The notes below the pieces were generated by a model that worked only from the letters and a program-made list of their open reading frames with translations, ran no database searches and was not told the origin of the DNA. From NCBI RefSeq assembly GCF_964204645.1, contig NC_134035.1, positions 8,340,451 through 8,404,450 on the forward strand: 64,000 bases of DNA. Direction: 5' to 3'. How positions within the stretch are numbered: position 1 is the first letter of the stretch; every line of letters begins with the position of its first letter. The translations under genes were made by a program, and so were the position numbers. This document shows positions 1 to 13,637 of this stretch, piece by piece. The stretch comes from Tubulanus polymorphus. Taxonomy: Eukaryota > Animalia > Nemertea.

Positions 1-2230
1 AAACCCCGTAAGGCCTGCTTAAACAAAATGCTTATCAGTCCTATGTTATGGATTCTACATTGAATTTCTATTGAATGGCGGTAAACCAAATGCCGCCCCC
101 TGTCAAGACCCGGCCTCAATACTGTATTTTACTTAGTTTAGTAAGGTTTACTGCATTACATCTTACAACATAAATCTTTGCTTTCTCGCGGAATATAATC
201 CGTCAGAAAAACAGATGAAATATTTTTAATTCGTTTGGTCGGGGGTAGCGATCGAATTACGACCAACATGGGTCATGGGTATGTTGTATGGGTCAACAAT
301 TCTCGAAATTTGGATACAATTTTTTTTGCAATTGCAAAGTAATCCATTCTCAAATCATACTGAGGTACCAGGCATTCGTATTTACGATCTGTCCGGCCTC
401 TTCAATAGGAACGTGTCCCTTTTCAAGGTAAAAGTTTTTCTTGAAATAGAACTGTCCCTCAAAAGCTCGACACGGGCCTGGCCTATTCAGAAATTAATAT
501 ACCGGTATACACATAAATAGGGTTCATAAACAGCGCAAGGCGGCCTATTGCAAAATAACATATCGCCAGATGAAATATCGATTCGATCAATCATCACATA
601 AAAATTCATGTAGGTCTATAAAGCAAGTAGGCATGCTAGGTCAGATCCAGATGTCTTGTGGCACAGCTGTTGCCCGCTTACTTATTTCTAGAGGTCTCGA
701 ACACGAGGCGAATTAAATGCTTCGCCCCCTGTGTGCGGGTGATTTTTCCAGCACATTTTGTCGCACGCCAATTATGCGTTCGCTGACGCAATGCAAATTA
801 ACTTTGCGCAGCGCAAAAGGGCAAATACTATTCACTCACGAGTGTGCTTTGCAAGAACGCAGGCCTATATACTGATACTTTTCTACTTGATAATGTGAGG
901 AGTTTTTGAATTGCAAAATAATCTACATTATCAATTCATGAACCTCATTAATATACATTGAAATCATAGACCCATAGAAATGTCCTAGGGTGTCACTTAA
1001 GATTTTTTTTGTTAATGGGCTCCGTCAGAATTAATACAAGCGGATATATATCTAAATATGCCATACTTTGCGCCGTATCCGCCAAGCGCTGAAAGCAACG
1101 AGCATTTATGAATCCTTGAAATTGCTCGAAGGTTCTTATAGTCTTAATTTTGAAATTCGAAGCTTGAGAGGCGCATTTTCTGGACATTTTAAAGGCAAAT
1201 ATTCATTGAAATTTCCGGTATGTGAATAAACAAAATCTGGAACTAAGGGAATGCGGAACTTGGATTTTAAGGGGGGGGGTCGTCTTCATCCCCTTCTCTG
1301 GCGACACCCATGATAAGTGCTTAATATAGCTAATTCAGGAAGCAATCATATTATGATGAATTTCGTATGAGAAAAATATGGTCTCTCTTCGGTTATCTTT
1401 TACCTTCGATTGATTAATTGAATAAAAATCGATATATCCGATTATATCGACAGCTGCTGCTGCGTGGAAAACGTTTGGTCGATGACTAAAACAGCAGCTG
1501 ACTAAAGACAGGCACGCTGAAGTCGCCTATAAACCGATATTAAAACAGCTTTCGTATCGATGTAGACTAAGCGGTAAAAAACGGTTGTGATTTAAGTATA
1601 CGAAATCTATCAACAGAAAGGTAATCAATTATTAAGCATTCGCCGTGTTTGAGATGTAAGCCTATTTAAAAAATGTATATCATATATGGGAGACTCCTCT
1701 TCTATTGGAATGCTTTCAAGTCGAATTCTCTTCGTTAGCGCAGCCGATGAAATTGAAATCATTTAACCATTCACCAAATAATCATTCAATGATCCATTAC
1801 GGTTTACAAAATGACCCGGCCGATTAGGAGAAACAAGGTATCATTTGATTCTTGCCGTGTCAAAGTGACAAAATTGGCAAAGATATCATACTGAATGAAT
1901 TACATACATCATAAAATACCGACTATTAGGAATTAGGAAATTGATGAGGATTTTTGACCACAGATTTGGTTTCATTAACAGGGGTTGATAGGGGTAGACG
2001 AAACCACTCAAAAGTTGCTTATCAAATCTTATTAAATCGCTCTGTCTTATTTTGAAATTAGATATAAGCTTCTTTCCGGAAACCACTGTATCGATTAGTA
2101 GAGTTAAATGCTGTAGACATAAGGCGCAGCAGATAATTTCGCGATGCAGGTGTCGTGTTTCATACGACGACGGCTTGCTGCATCTGTAATTGTATTCGTC
2201 AACGATGATCATGATATTACACAGGACATT

Positions 2231-2480
2231 TCTGGGGCGGATCTGGAAATGTCATCAGAGGCCGGGGCCGGGTCAGGGCTTTCCGAGATGTCTTTTTCAT
2301 TTCCAATGAAAAATGCATTCATGAAAATTTGTGCTTCTGGCAGACGCCGAAACAGCAATCGATAAATATTTGAATTGTGGTTGACTTCAATCATTGGCCT
2401 GATTGACACCACGATCAGAAAATGTTTCGAATTCCGGAGCAGGGGGTCGATACACCCTAAACCCCTTGTATCCGCCCGTG
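2231..2480. mobile_element. MITE with GGGGCGGATC...ATCCGCCC termini (intronic)
   Basis: Inverted termini ctggggcggatctgg / cttgtatccgcccgtg. The internal sequence (ctggcagacgc.gaaacagca.tcgataaa) recurs at ~51620-51770. Confidence 0.55.
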
Positions 2481-2537
2481 CATTTAATATCAATGACCGG
2501 TTCTCTTTCTTTCACTGTAGATCGCGAAGAAGAAACG

Positions 2538-3098
2538 ATGGACCCGTCCGCTCCAGCTGCAGAAACAGCACCTCTCGAAAACATCGACGAAAAGCCGACT
2601 GGTTATGGCGGCACTAAAAGCGATATGGAACCGCTGACGTACGACAACGCGAGCTTAGAGAAAAGAGTCAGCATAGTGAGGCGCCATCTGCTTAGAACCG
2701 GTACCCTGTTGGCATTTCTGGGAATGGCCGTTCTGATATTCGGCATTTATTACTCAATTCGATATTGCTCGGCCTTCGCCAACTACATTTTCGTTACTTG
2801 CGCATATTTTTCGGAGATATACCTGCCGGCTTTGAGTATGATCGCCGGCCTGATGGGTATCATGGCCGGTAAAACGGGCCACAGTTGTTTCGCTACTTTC
2901 TCCATAATATTTTCCGTACTAAGCGTCATGTCGAGCATGTCTCAGTTCGGTGGCTTTATCTACGCTATCGTGAACGTTTGGGGCGTAACCAGAATTGGAA
3001 TCGCCGCGGCGGTGATGGTTTTTTTCTACTTCGCGATATTTGTTACGTCAATCGTGCAAACCTGCTTCAGCTGTACGGGATTGAACCCCAGGTATTGA
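2538..3098 (+). CDS. Four-transmembrane MS4A/CD20-like (tetraspan) membrane protein, 186 aa
   Basis: The ORF has four hydrophobic segments (GTLLAFLGMAVLIFGIYY; IYLPALSMIAGLMGIMA; FATFSIIFSVLSVMSS; IGIAAAVMVFFYFAIFVTSIV), an acidic N-tail and a Cys-rich C-end. An acceptor ttcactgtag ends at 2520, just before ATG 2538. A donor AAG|GTAATC at 1620/1621 suggests a 5'UTR exon. The ORF-track extension 2403-2520 lies in an intron/MITE. Confidence 0.7.
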   Translation: MDPSAPAAETAPLENIDEKPTGYGGTKSDMEPLTYDNASLEKRVSIVRRHLLRTGTLLAFLGMAVLIFGIYYSIRYCSAFANYIFVTCAYFSEIYLPALSMIAGLMGIMAGKTGHSCFATFSIIFSVLSVMSSMSQFGGFIYAIVNVWGVTRIGIAAAVMVFFYFAIFVTSIVQTCFSCTGLNPRY

Positions 3099-5208
3099 AC
3101 GACGGAAACGATATGGCGATATTCATCTCGTCTGCCGAACGCGCTTTTAATCTTACTCGCAGTTTAACAACTTTTTTGTTGGGTATTTTGGTAGCATTTA
3201 TAAAATGACTTAATAACCGTCGTCGTCCGGACCAAGTTCCACCCGTAAAGAACTGTAGGTGTAGAAAAGTGCACTTTTTCACCGTGAAAATGGGGTACTT
3301 TCCTATTGAAAACTGACCCGAAAGCTGCCTCCCCCAAAAATCTGAGTACCTGAATACATCATTTGAGAATGGATTGCTTGGATCATTCTCCCACAAAACA
3401 TGATAATTGTATCCGAATTTCAAAAAAATTGACCCGAATGTTTTAACAGTGAATTTTGATAGGACAATTTAGGCTGATTCGTTCGCCTACCCCTCGAACT
3501 CCTCTCGGCACGGGCCTGAGTCGATATTCAATAGACTATAATAACGACCGGTCATTTTTTTAGATTAATCAAACATGCGTATGACCAAACGAGTTTAGTT
3601 CGGTTTCTGGAACTAGTGCTTTTTTAGTATTAGCTGCGTCGTGTTTACGCAAGTTGGGCGCAGAAAATTCAACACATTTTTGCAAGAATCGAAAAAAGCC
3701 TCATTTAATTTTTATCGATTGGCCTCTCGCTAATATCAGCTTTTTACTGCTAGATTCAACGTTACTTATTGTTAGCGTTCTTGTTGTGATCATTCGCTGT
3801 CTCGATTTGTAAAATGGTTTGATTTTTTTTGTTTATCATCATGGATGCCAAATAAATAATTAGTATAAAACATTTGAATCATGGCTTACGTTTTGTGATG
3901 GAGTAAGGAGGTATTGTGAAAGTAAATAGGTTTCATGGGACTAAGGCGCGCTCTTTTTATACCTATCTTTTGAAAGACACTAGGCCTATATGTTAAATCT
4001 CGTCACTGAAAATAATCGTTTTTTATTCAGCTCTATATATATATATTCAAATACGCCTGAATAAATATTCGGGGATTGAGTTGGCTTTGATTTAAAACAG
4101 GAATACAGTCTCTCCGTCGAATTCCGGGTGAGAATACGGTATTTCCGTTAACAACAAAGTCGAGGACGAAAATGTTGATTATACTTATTGAATTGGCCGT
4201 AATAATATATGCCATGAAACGACTGTCCGACTAAACGTATGTACATACAAATTATCCGATCACACTTGTTCATACAGATGACTTCCAGTTCATATGGCAA
4301 GATACAAGTTAAGTATTGAAGATCTATCTGAGTGAAGTATTAGAAATCTATGCGGAGTGAGCCATCAAATAAAACTGAAACGACTGTGCGACAAATGCCG
4401 ATTGAATACGCATTTTTCCAAGTCAGACCGAGTATTCTTCAAACTCAATTCCTTCAGCCTCAAATTTATGCCTTCTGGGTCCAGCTGTGATCTCATTTTG
4501 TCCGCTTATACAAAAATTGAACTCATTGAAATTGAATCCTAGTGAACATTTTACTTTCTTAAAATGAAGAGTTATTTGAAGAAAATGAATAGCTTTTGAC
4601 GTATTTGTAAAATCTTCGTGGTTAAGTCCGTTGATTTATGAAATGAGTCAATCTCCTAAAATCACAAATTTTTCTTTTCGTATAGTATTGATTAATTCTA
4701 TGCATTGCATGTAATATGACATTCTGAATAATGAAATTCATAACCTTAATTCAAGATGGCAAAATCGTATGGATGTTATGATCCGAGAAAGCAAAAAGAA
4801 AATTATGAAATCCGTACGTTATACGTCTATTTTCACGTATCTTTATTATTTTCAAAAAAGTTTTATAAACATATATTTCATATACATCTAACAATCGCGA
4901 ATTCGGACCTATGATGCTGTGTAAACAAATGTATTGAAGTTAGTTGTATAGTTGGTATAGCTAACCTTATTGCAGAAGGTAGTTGTCATATTTCTAATAT
5001 ACGTATATTTATTGCAGAAGTGACCTCTCGGGAATTATTTGTTACACTATGAACATGCAAGTATGAATGGTCGCGATAATTCGATAGAGCGGTTGATAAA
5101 ATCGATTGTGTCTTATTCATTAATAAATGAACGGGGAAATCACAATGAACAGACGGTGGACGGATTCCGCGCGTCGATCGATAGTGTATGGAAGCTTTTA
5201 TAGAAAGT

Positions 5209-6748
5209 CTACGCGACCAGTTTAGTAAAGTCAGCGTCTGCCGTTATATTCGAAATTATTCTGCTTATATTGACGATATTCTTGACCACATCGTGAACGG
5301 AGAAGCGAACTTTGTATTCGGGGTTGGCGTCGTAATAAACATGATTTCGAACGTCCTTTGAGATGACCACGGCAGGTTTAGTAGTCGCACCAGCAGGTGT
5401 AACTTGCGTTACGTTGACTTGGACGGGTGTAATGGTCGTGTGCGTTGTTGTTGTTACGGCGGGCGACCTTGTCGTTCTGATAATCTGCGGCGACTTGTGA
5501 CGATAAATCGATTCTTCAGTATATGGTATGAATCTTGTACGATTGGCGCGGTAAACGGCTTTGCATACCAACACGCTTCGGTTGCGCTCGTCGCCAGCCG
5601 CCTTTTCGAACGCGCTCAAAACCTTGGCGACCATACGCGAGCCTGCCTTATTGGCGACGTCGTCTTTGCCCGTCTTGCGATTAGCCGCCGGCAGGAATTC
5701 GATGCTTCTACGCAAAAACTCGTGTTCCGGCGCCGAGAACATCAGCGCGTTATCGGGGATCCCGTCGTTATCACGGACGGGTATCATCGCCGGGTGCGAA
5801 GATATCAAATTATTAAAAGCACCAACTGCCCCGACATTCAAATCTGCGAATAGTCCTCCGAATGTATACAACACGAAATACCGAATCGCTTCGGATCTGT
5901 GAATTCCCCAGTGATAGTTTTTGTACATCGGGTGATAGGCGGGAAATCTCCTTTTGATGAACGCGTCCGCGACGCTATCGGTCCACAGCCAATATTCCCA
6001 GTCGGGGTGAAGTTTCATCCAAGATGTCACATTTCTCAGGAACGCTTTCGGGACGCTTTCGTTTTTCCACGTCTGGTGTATTCGTTTCGGGATGCCGTTG
6101 CATTCGCATCTGGCCGTTATTTGAAACTTCTCGAGCAACGTGGCGACTTCGTCACCGTATACGACGTCCGTTTTGATGGCCCATCGATGACGGCTTTCTC
6201 CGCCACGACCGCCGCCGAGCTTCCACTTGTCGAATAACGAGTAGGTGTTCGCCGTGTCTTTTAAGCATAGGCCAGCGAGCAGCAAAGCGCCGACAAAAAA
6301 CGCGAACCCGAGCACTCGGTGAAACCTTGTATTCCTTGAACATAAATTCACTGGCACCCTAGGGCAACAATCAAGAGAATATGTTATAATACATTAATAC
6401 ATAGGAACCAAAGTATTTGATTAGAAATGATAGATACCGTAGGAGAGATAACAATTGAGGGTAGAATTCATGGATCGTAGCAAAGATCCGGACAAAATCC
6501 ATTACACCTCATTCATAAACCTGTTTATAACGAGCTCGGATTTAATGATTTATCGGTTATTATGCAACCCTGGAATTTCTTCCCAAATAGGACAATTTTA
6601 ATAATTTCATACAACTATCGCTTAGCGAACATATTTCCTGGTCCCTTGAAATTCGTTGTAACTCCGATAGGAAGAATTTATGATTTAGTCAAGAGATGTA
6701 CTGGTTCTGCGTATTAACATACCTAGTTGCTGATCGAAGAAAGTCCAT
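5209..6748 (-). CDS. Glycosyltransferase family 32 (Och1/SUR1/MIPC-synthase-like) type II membrane protein, ~391 aa, with DXD altered to DLN
   Basis: Exon 6748-6723 encodes MDFLRSAT (in-frame upstream TAG, donor AG|GTATGT, phase 2) and joins exon 6358-5209 (acceptor ccctag). The protein has an N-terminal TM (VLGFAFFVGALLLAGLCL), the motifs IPKRIHQTWK, HPDWEYWLWTD and RSEAIRYFVLYTFGGLFADLN, and a Thr/Pro-rich segment near the C-terminus. Confidence 0.85.
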
Positions 6749-9700
6749 AGTCTTCTATACGCGTAGTATGGTGGTCAAGTATGTTTATGTCGTCCCTTGG
6801 TACACACCCGTAGCAATGCTTAATATTATCGCGACCATATCCCAGACAATGGTTTCAAATCGGTATCGAAGAATAATAGGTGTACGCAGCCGATTGCGCG
6901 CGTCGGGATCTCCTAGGCAACAGGACGAGAAGTGGCCTGTGCTCCGGTGTGCCCGTATTTACACTCCTGAGTAGCCTCATCAACACGGTCGTTGCGATGG
7001 CCTGAAACAGACGAATCGATGCCGTCTTTCATCGAGAGTTTTACCAAAGCGTATCGCAAAAATATAAGCATGTTTGAAATAAGGTGGGAATAGCGTCATT
7101 GATATCATTGAGAATGAGCAACTAATCAATCTTCGGATTTTCTTTAAAAGAAAAATCGTATATCGTATGAGTTGATAGATTCTAATTCAAAACCACCCAG
7201 TATAAATTAACAATTCTGAGTTTGCAAAACACGCCCCTATGCCTAGTTAGAAAAAAAGATCAGTTTTAATGTTAGGGGTTAATGAAAAGTGATCGCAAAA
7301 CTAGCCGCTGGATTTCGCATTTAAAAGTTCATTGTTTTTTAATGAAAATTTATAATGCCTTCATGGAGTGAAATGGGTGAAGTCAGGATCTATATTCCCA
7401 GTTGCGAGAGGGAGTTCTCTGATAATTCTCACGATACCTCTACATTAGAATTAGGTTATTTACACCAAAACGAACTAGAAAATCGATCTTTTGAATTGAA
7501 AAAAGTTCATTATGAAAATCTTATACTAAATCAAAATCTATAAATCTCATCAAGTACATCATTATGATTTGTCTGTCGTGTTGGTTATGGCATATTCAAT
7601 AAGGGATTTCAATGGCCAGTACTAATTCAAATACAATAGTTACTGGGCGATGAAACCCTTGCCAAATAAGCAGCTCCCGTAAAGCATTTCGACCCTGTTT
7701 CCGGCGGCTATTCTTCCGTCGACGCATATTCTGCTCTAAGAAAACTCCAGTCGACTTGAGTTGTAATACTTCTTCGGTCGCAGAGATCGAACATATAACC
7801 GAGCTAATGGCTCAGTCGGAACCACTAACCCCGAGCGCATTTGGCATGTTTTAAGCAACGCGGAAGTTTGATACGATTTAGAAAAACACGCGTTAAACAC
7901 GTAACGATTTCTGATTGTTCGGCGCGTCGGTTTATAGTCTTCAAACGGGGCGACGCCTACGTGTATAGTTACCTAGATCGGATTAATCGCGACCAGTTTT
8001 CGTAGTCAGATGCTAAAAATAAGCCGAGAGAAAATGTCGTCGTTTATGTTTACCTATAAACAAAGCCATCGGCATACTTTACTGATAAAACGGTGACCGG
8101 GTTCTGATTCGAAAAAAAATCGCTTTCCAAGAAATATGTATGTAAATTCGACCGATCGTCCAATCATATCTGTACTTCGATGTTTCGCGACCGGCTGGTG
8201 TGGTGGGTTTACAAGTGATACAAAATTAAAATTCAAATCAAAATTAACCAATCAAATAAATAACAGGGACCATTTGCTTAATTAAAAGATTTTTAAAAAT
8301 CGTATTTCAACTGATCACAAACAGTTTATGTTGTTTGAAATGCGGGAACAATTTCAATCCATACATTATGTTTATCGAATCATTTCGTATTTCAAAAGAA
8401 TCAATTTGAATTAAAAAATGACAGGTATTTTCAACGAAATATATGCGCGTGAGTTTTTTGCACCATAGCGTATAAGCTGTCCCTATAGCGAGTTTGGATG
8501 TTCGATGTTTAGGCTAAAAAATGGCAACTTGTTTCTGCTAATCGGCTACCGGGTCATTTTGTAAATCGCAATAAAATTTGTCAAAATCAGTTCATTGCTA
8601 TAGCTGCCTGGTCTATAATGGTTAGCTTGATCGTGATTCTGAGAAATAAGTACAGGGTATAATAGGCGGCCGGCCGGGTCGGCCTTAAAGCGCAGCAGAA
8701 ATGAAAAACGAGGCATGAATTTTTTAGCCCAAAATCATAAATCACCCCTGCGAATGAGTGTCTACGGGTAAAACGCTAAATGCAATTATCGATTTATTTT
8801 CTACAGGCGTGTCTGAATTTTTCAATTCGATTATCGTTACCATTCAAGAAACATTTGGTGGCAAATTGGCAATCAAAACGCCTTAACACGAATTCCAGCG
8901 ATTTCGTTCATTTCGTTGTTCTCTATGAATTATTGGGAGGTCGATCGCTCCCGAAAACTACTCGACGACACACCCCAAATTTAACCAACATCATGCATAC
9001 ACAAAGTAGGTCACTCGACTTTCAATTTTCGTTATTTGTCGAAGTTCTCAAATTCTAGAATTCTCTTCCACGTTCTATTTTCCACGTTTCTCAAATAACT
9101 TATGTGGTTAATTTCTGTTATCGTCGTCTCCTATACGCAATATATATCATATAAATAACATTTTGAATCGTCTGATAGACATTCTAAAAGAGAAACTATA
9201 AAATCAGGTTTTACAGTTGTTTAGCTATTAGCCAAAGGAGTTGACTATGTGATTGCAAAATTCCTTTGCAACATTAAGTCTTTACATTTGTAGATGCAAG
9301 AGCTACTTTTTAAGGTCTTGTGACACACATCGAAGCGCATTTTTCGGTCATTTAAAAGGAGTATGTGTAGCCGTATTAGCAATTAAGACTTCGGTCTTTG
9401 GACTTTCGTCCTTGGAAATTCGTGGATGGGTTAGATGCATTTTGCAGCATCTTATCAGGCATTAAACGTGCCGTTTTCCTACAAATTTATGCGAGAGAAG
9501 TTTATAAGAGTCCTTAAATTGAGAGTTCAAGGGGCAATTTACAACATTTGCGAGTGATGTACAAAGTCGCAAGAATCCAGGATCCGTACCTGCTTTATAG
9601 AAGCCCTTATTGTGCATAATCCTTTTAGGTACGTGGTCGAGTAATGTACGTAACATTTTGTTATTACACATTATGTTCGGCTCCGTATGATATACACTAT

Positions 9701-11339
9701 ATATTGCTGTTGTTTTTGAAAAACCATTTTCAATCTTCAAAGCATGCTACAGGTTTCTCCACTAGATTTCCGTACGTTTTACAATCAACGATATTTCTTT
9801 TGAAAATATGTTTTTGAAATTCGTGGCATCCTTCAAGAGAATGTCCACAAATTATAGGTTTAACATGCACACAATATATTTTTTTTCACACGCGAACTTT
9901 TCGAGATATATTCTCCGCAATATTGTTAATCATTTCTCGACGTGTCAAGACATCACCGAGACTGATGAATTGAAGTGAAATATCTTACTAGAAAAATGTG
10001 GGTTAGCAGACTCAATAGATCGTAAAACCTCCCCTTGACTCATACTGTTTCAAATTTTTTTCGGCTTCAAGGGGAGGTACGTATTCCGGTATACCGGCTT
10101 TGTTAAGTAATGAAAAAATGTTCACCTTCGTGCGATGTGCTAGGGCGTCCATCCTCTTGTTCGTCGCCTTGCTAAAATGGTATCTTTCGGAGATTTGAAA
10201 TATATACAATTAGCCGTTATCGATATTCTTTGGCGCATCTAGCACGCACTTCACACCGCGTAATCGAAAACATACAGTCACGTGATATCTCGGGGATTCC
10301 CCTTCGTCACATTTCGAAGAAATCGTTAGTCAGTTTCGATGACATAATTCCTTTGGCGTAATAAATCTTGAAATGTACTATATGGCTTGTCCGATATCAT
10401 GGCCTATAAATGAATCATATGTGTGTGTTGGGTTTTTTGTCGAATTCACGGGTGTAAAGTAGTTGAATGAACATTTTTGGCGTGGTAGAAATGTTGAATA
10501 GGTCGTTGCAATGACACCAAAATCTATACATAGATCAAGAAAAAAAAATGATGTTTTCATAAGATATTCGCTCTAATATCACATAGTGGAAAAAAGTTTG
10601 TGAATGTCAATGAGATTTCCCTAAAAAGGCTATTCGACTAACTTACATTCCACAGATTCCTTTGAAGCGGAATGAATCATTCATATATTCAATTAATTTA
10701 GTGCGTACAGCTTGTCTTGCCCAGGCCCGTTACTTGTCCAGTCTTTGGGAGGTTCGATGTTCAACGTAGATCTATAAGGAACACATCTTTTTATAAATGG
10801 GAACCACATTGAAACAGTAAATTGCTTTGAATATCTTGGCGGTGAAATTTAATTTTACTTGCAGTAGAAAAGCTTTGACAGAACTGGTAATGTTTTCTGT
10901 ACCGTACTAAAAAAGGTCCGTAAGCATTCCATTAGAGCTACCTCTATAGAGCTATATGGTGGTATCAATCCTTATTCCATAGGTACATAGCTACCTCCAG
11001 AGCTATATGTTGGTATCGATCCTAACGTTTGGATGTAAACTTTGGGGTTTTGAAAAAGTAGCCACTAATTCTAGAAAAAGTACGTGACTTCTACAAAATG
11101 TCTTTTAAATTTGAGTTGCATTACCACCTATATTATCATTTATATCACGGTAGCCTTGTTTATGGTTGTTTGCTGGACCAATTTAGCTGTAGATGATAGC
11201 ATTTATTGTCCTTACAAATTTATAGGATTTTACATAGGTACCGTGGAATCGGTTTTCGTATGTCATGTAACAACTTTGTAAGAATCTAATAAATTAGGTT
11301 TGGGCATTACTGGTACAACCATAATACTTAAAAAAATGC

Positions 11340-11885
11340 AATCTTTGTCATATTAGATCTATATGTAAAAAAGTGCCACGTTGTGTTGGTGTTCTACATC
11401 GAGTCAAGCACAGGTTATCTTCTAATTCTTAACGCACCTTTTATTCATCTTTAATAGAGTCATATCTTCAATACTGCAATATTGTTTGGGGGAAGAACTT
11501 CTGATTATAAACTGCATCCATTGATAATCTTACAAAAACACGCTGTCCGTTTGGTCAGCAAATCCCATTATTTAGAACACACTGATCCTATTTTTCCTCG
11601 GTTGAATGTAATAAAAATTAACATTAACAAATTCCAACTTGCTATTTTTGTACATGAATTCGTCAATTCAAAATTACCCAAAACCTTTAATACCTATTGA
11701 AACTTCAATTACTAAATTCACCATCAACCTGCGCGTTACTAAGAGTAACTTTAACTAGAAAATCTTCTGTTAAAATATCTGGTCCCCTATTATGGAATAC
11801 CTTCTCAGAGTCAATTCAATCATTGCAAAGCGAACCTGCCTTCAAGCGTACTTATATCAAATCATTATACAATATCTTGTAAATT
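11340..11885 (+). mobile_element. Degenerate non-LTR retrotransposon (CR1/L2-clade) ORF2 C-terminal fragment
   Basis: Frame-shifted peptides LQKHAVRLVSKSHYLEHTDPIF and SVKISGPLLWNTFSESIQ...FKR match the typical LINE post-RT C-terminus. Confidence 0.75.
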
Positions 11886-13078
11886 CTATTAATGTTTAAA
11901 ATGTGTAATCATTTTCTGTTTCTATTCGTCTGTTTACTACTCGTGTGCATGGTGTGTGAGTGTGATGAATGTGGGGTGGATGCCTCCGGGTGATACGGGT
12001 TAGATAGACTGTTTCAGTCTCTCCATGTAGCCCGAATATCCTGTTCCATATTTCTTGGTTAACTTATATTTGTGATATCGTCCAATAATGTAACATTCTA
12101 AAAAAGATAAGTTTTAATTCAATTCAAAAAAATAAAATGGGAAACCCATTTCTGTATAAGGTAAGGATCACGCCATATGGCTGTACGAGTATTGCCCAAC
12201 AGCGAAAAAGGAAATAAAATCATACTGTAATTGGTTTTGTTTATCCTAATATTTGGATATGTATTTTTTTCAGTGCCCTCAGTTAATTTGTTGTTGTTGT
12301 TAAGCCAAATAAATCAGTTCTAGATTCTAAAAGTGCCAAAGGTGCGTAATCTTACTCGGGGCTCCTCGAAATGCTCAACTTCATAGCTTTTGACGTATTG
12401 GGGTTGAAAACGGATGAAACTTTAGTTCAACAAAACAACAGTCCTCTGATAGTTTTGCTCAACGTGCTTCAATTGCTTTGCTGAACTTTGTTTCAGTCAA
12501 AATAAGTTTGGACAAGAATTAGTAAAAAAGTGTGAAAAATTAGTGAATTAGAAAAAAAAAATCATTGCTCACATCAGGGCGGGCTAACGTTGACATGTGT
12601 TTGAACCCTTTAAACGGGCCTGATTGCCGCAGAATCGAACATACTCTGGACCAGTGAATATTCTATTATATCGGATGCTTGTATTTGCCATGTACCGGTT
12701 TACGTCTACAATAAAGAATTAGTAGCAAGGCGGGCACTTAATCTAGAAAATTCCGAAGAGCTGAATCCTACATCAAATAGAGCTCTTGCGGGTAACGATT
12801 TATAGAAAAAGACAAAACTTCAAAGATCTCGACAATGGAAAAAGCATGTTATCAGAGGGAAGTTACGAATGAAGTTGAAATTATACTCATCATGGTAGTT
12901 GAAGTCGGCGAAGATACGCATTGCGGACGTCAGATTTTGCCACCAACAAATAAAACCGACTTCATACGCGCACTAATACAACAGCTACATAATTTCGTAT
13001 CCAAATAGTCCCTAGTTTGTTCTAGTTTCCCTGTTTCTACGTGTATACTATTTTGATATATTGCAAAAATGTCTTTAA

Positions 13079-13637
13079 GGCCACACCAAAAAATACTGTT
13101 TCTCGGGCAATCACCAAAATGGATAGGCAGGTAGGGATTTTTTCATTTTACAGAAAAAATTGGGTATTCTTCTGAAAGTGGCTAGGTTGCCGTTAATAAT
13201 TTTTATTTTTTACAGCACCAAATCTCCAGTTAAAAATATGATTAGCAGCTAGAAGATTACATAGAATGCGTTTATAAAAAGAAAAACTTGAATATCTTGA
13301 ATAGGCCTATACTGAATTTTATATGGAATTCCTGGCATTTTACAATTCAGGGTCGCCATCAATGTCCGATTAGCAAAGTTGTCTGAACACGGCTGTACCA
13401 TTTCCAGAATCAAATGGTTAAATCTGATGTAATGAAATATTTTCATGATGTCGATCTCAGTGCCGACATAACGATTTGATTAAATAGAACAATGGAAAGC
13501 TTTGTAGTTAGTCGGCCACATATGTATTTTTGAAAAAGGTTATTTCATCCAAAATTATGAAATAGTCAGTAGGCAGTTATTTAAAATGAAATATCGGGTC
13601 GATCGGGCCCGAGAAACACGTTTTCTTTTGGTGTGGC
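13079..13637. mobile_element. Non-autonomous TIR DNA transposon with TTAA target site (Kolobok/piggyBac-type MITE)
   Basis: Left end TTAA-GGCCACACCAAAAA...TGTTTCTCGGGC; right end GCCCGAGAAACA...TTTTGGTGTGGC-TTAA. Confidence 0.7.

Noticed and set aside
2403-2537. N-terminal extension of the 231-aa ORF
   Set aside because: It starts at TTG inside a MITE/intron, upstream of a clear splice acceptor at 2520.
5404-6237. Plus-strand ORFs overlapping the glycosyltransferase (and similar shadow ORFs over the GPCR and NHL exon)
   Set aside because: They are antisense or alternate-frame shadows of GC-rich coding exons, with no motifs.
9960-9992. CTGATGA...GAAAT hammerhead-like words (also at 41557, 48097, 63289)
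   Set aside because: No pairing stem I/II or no correctly placed GAAA.
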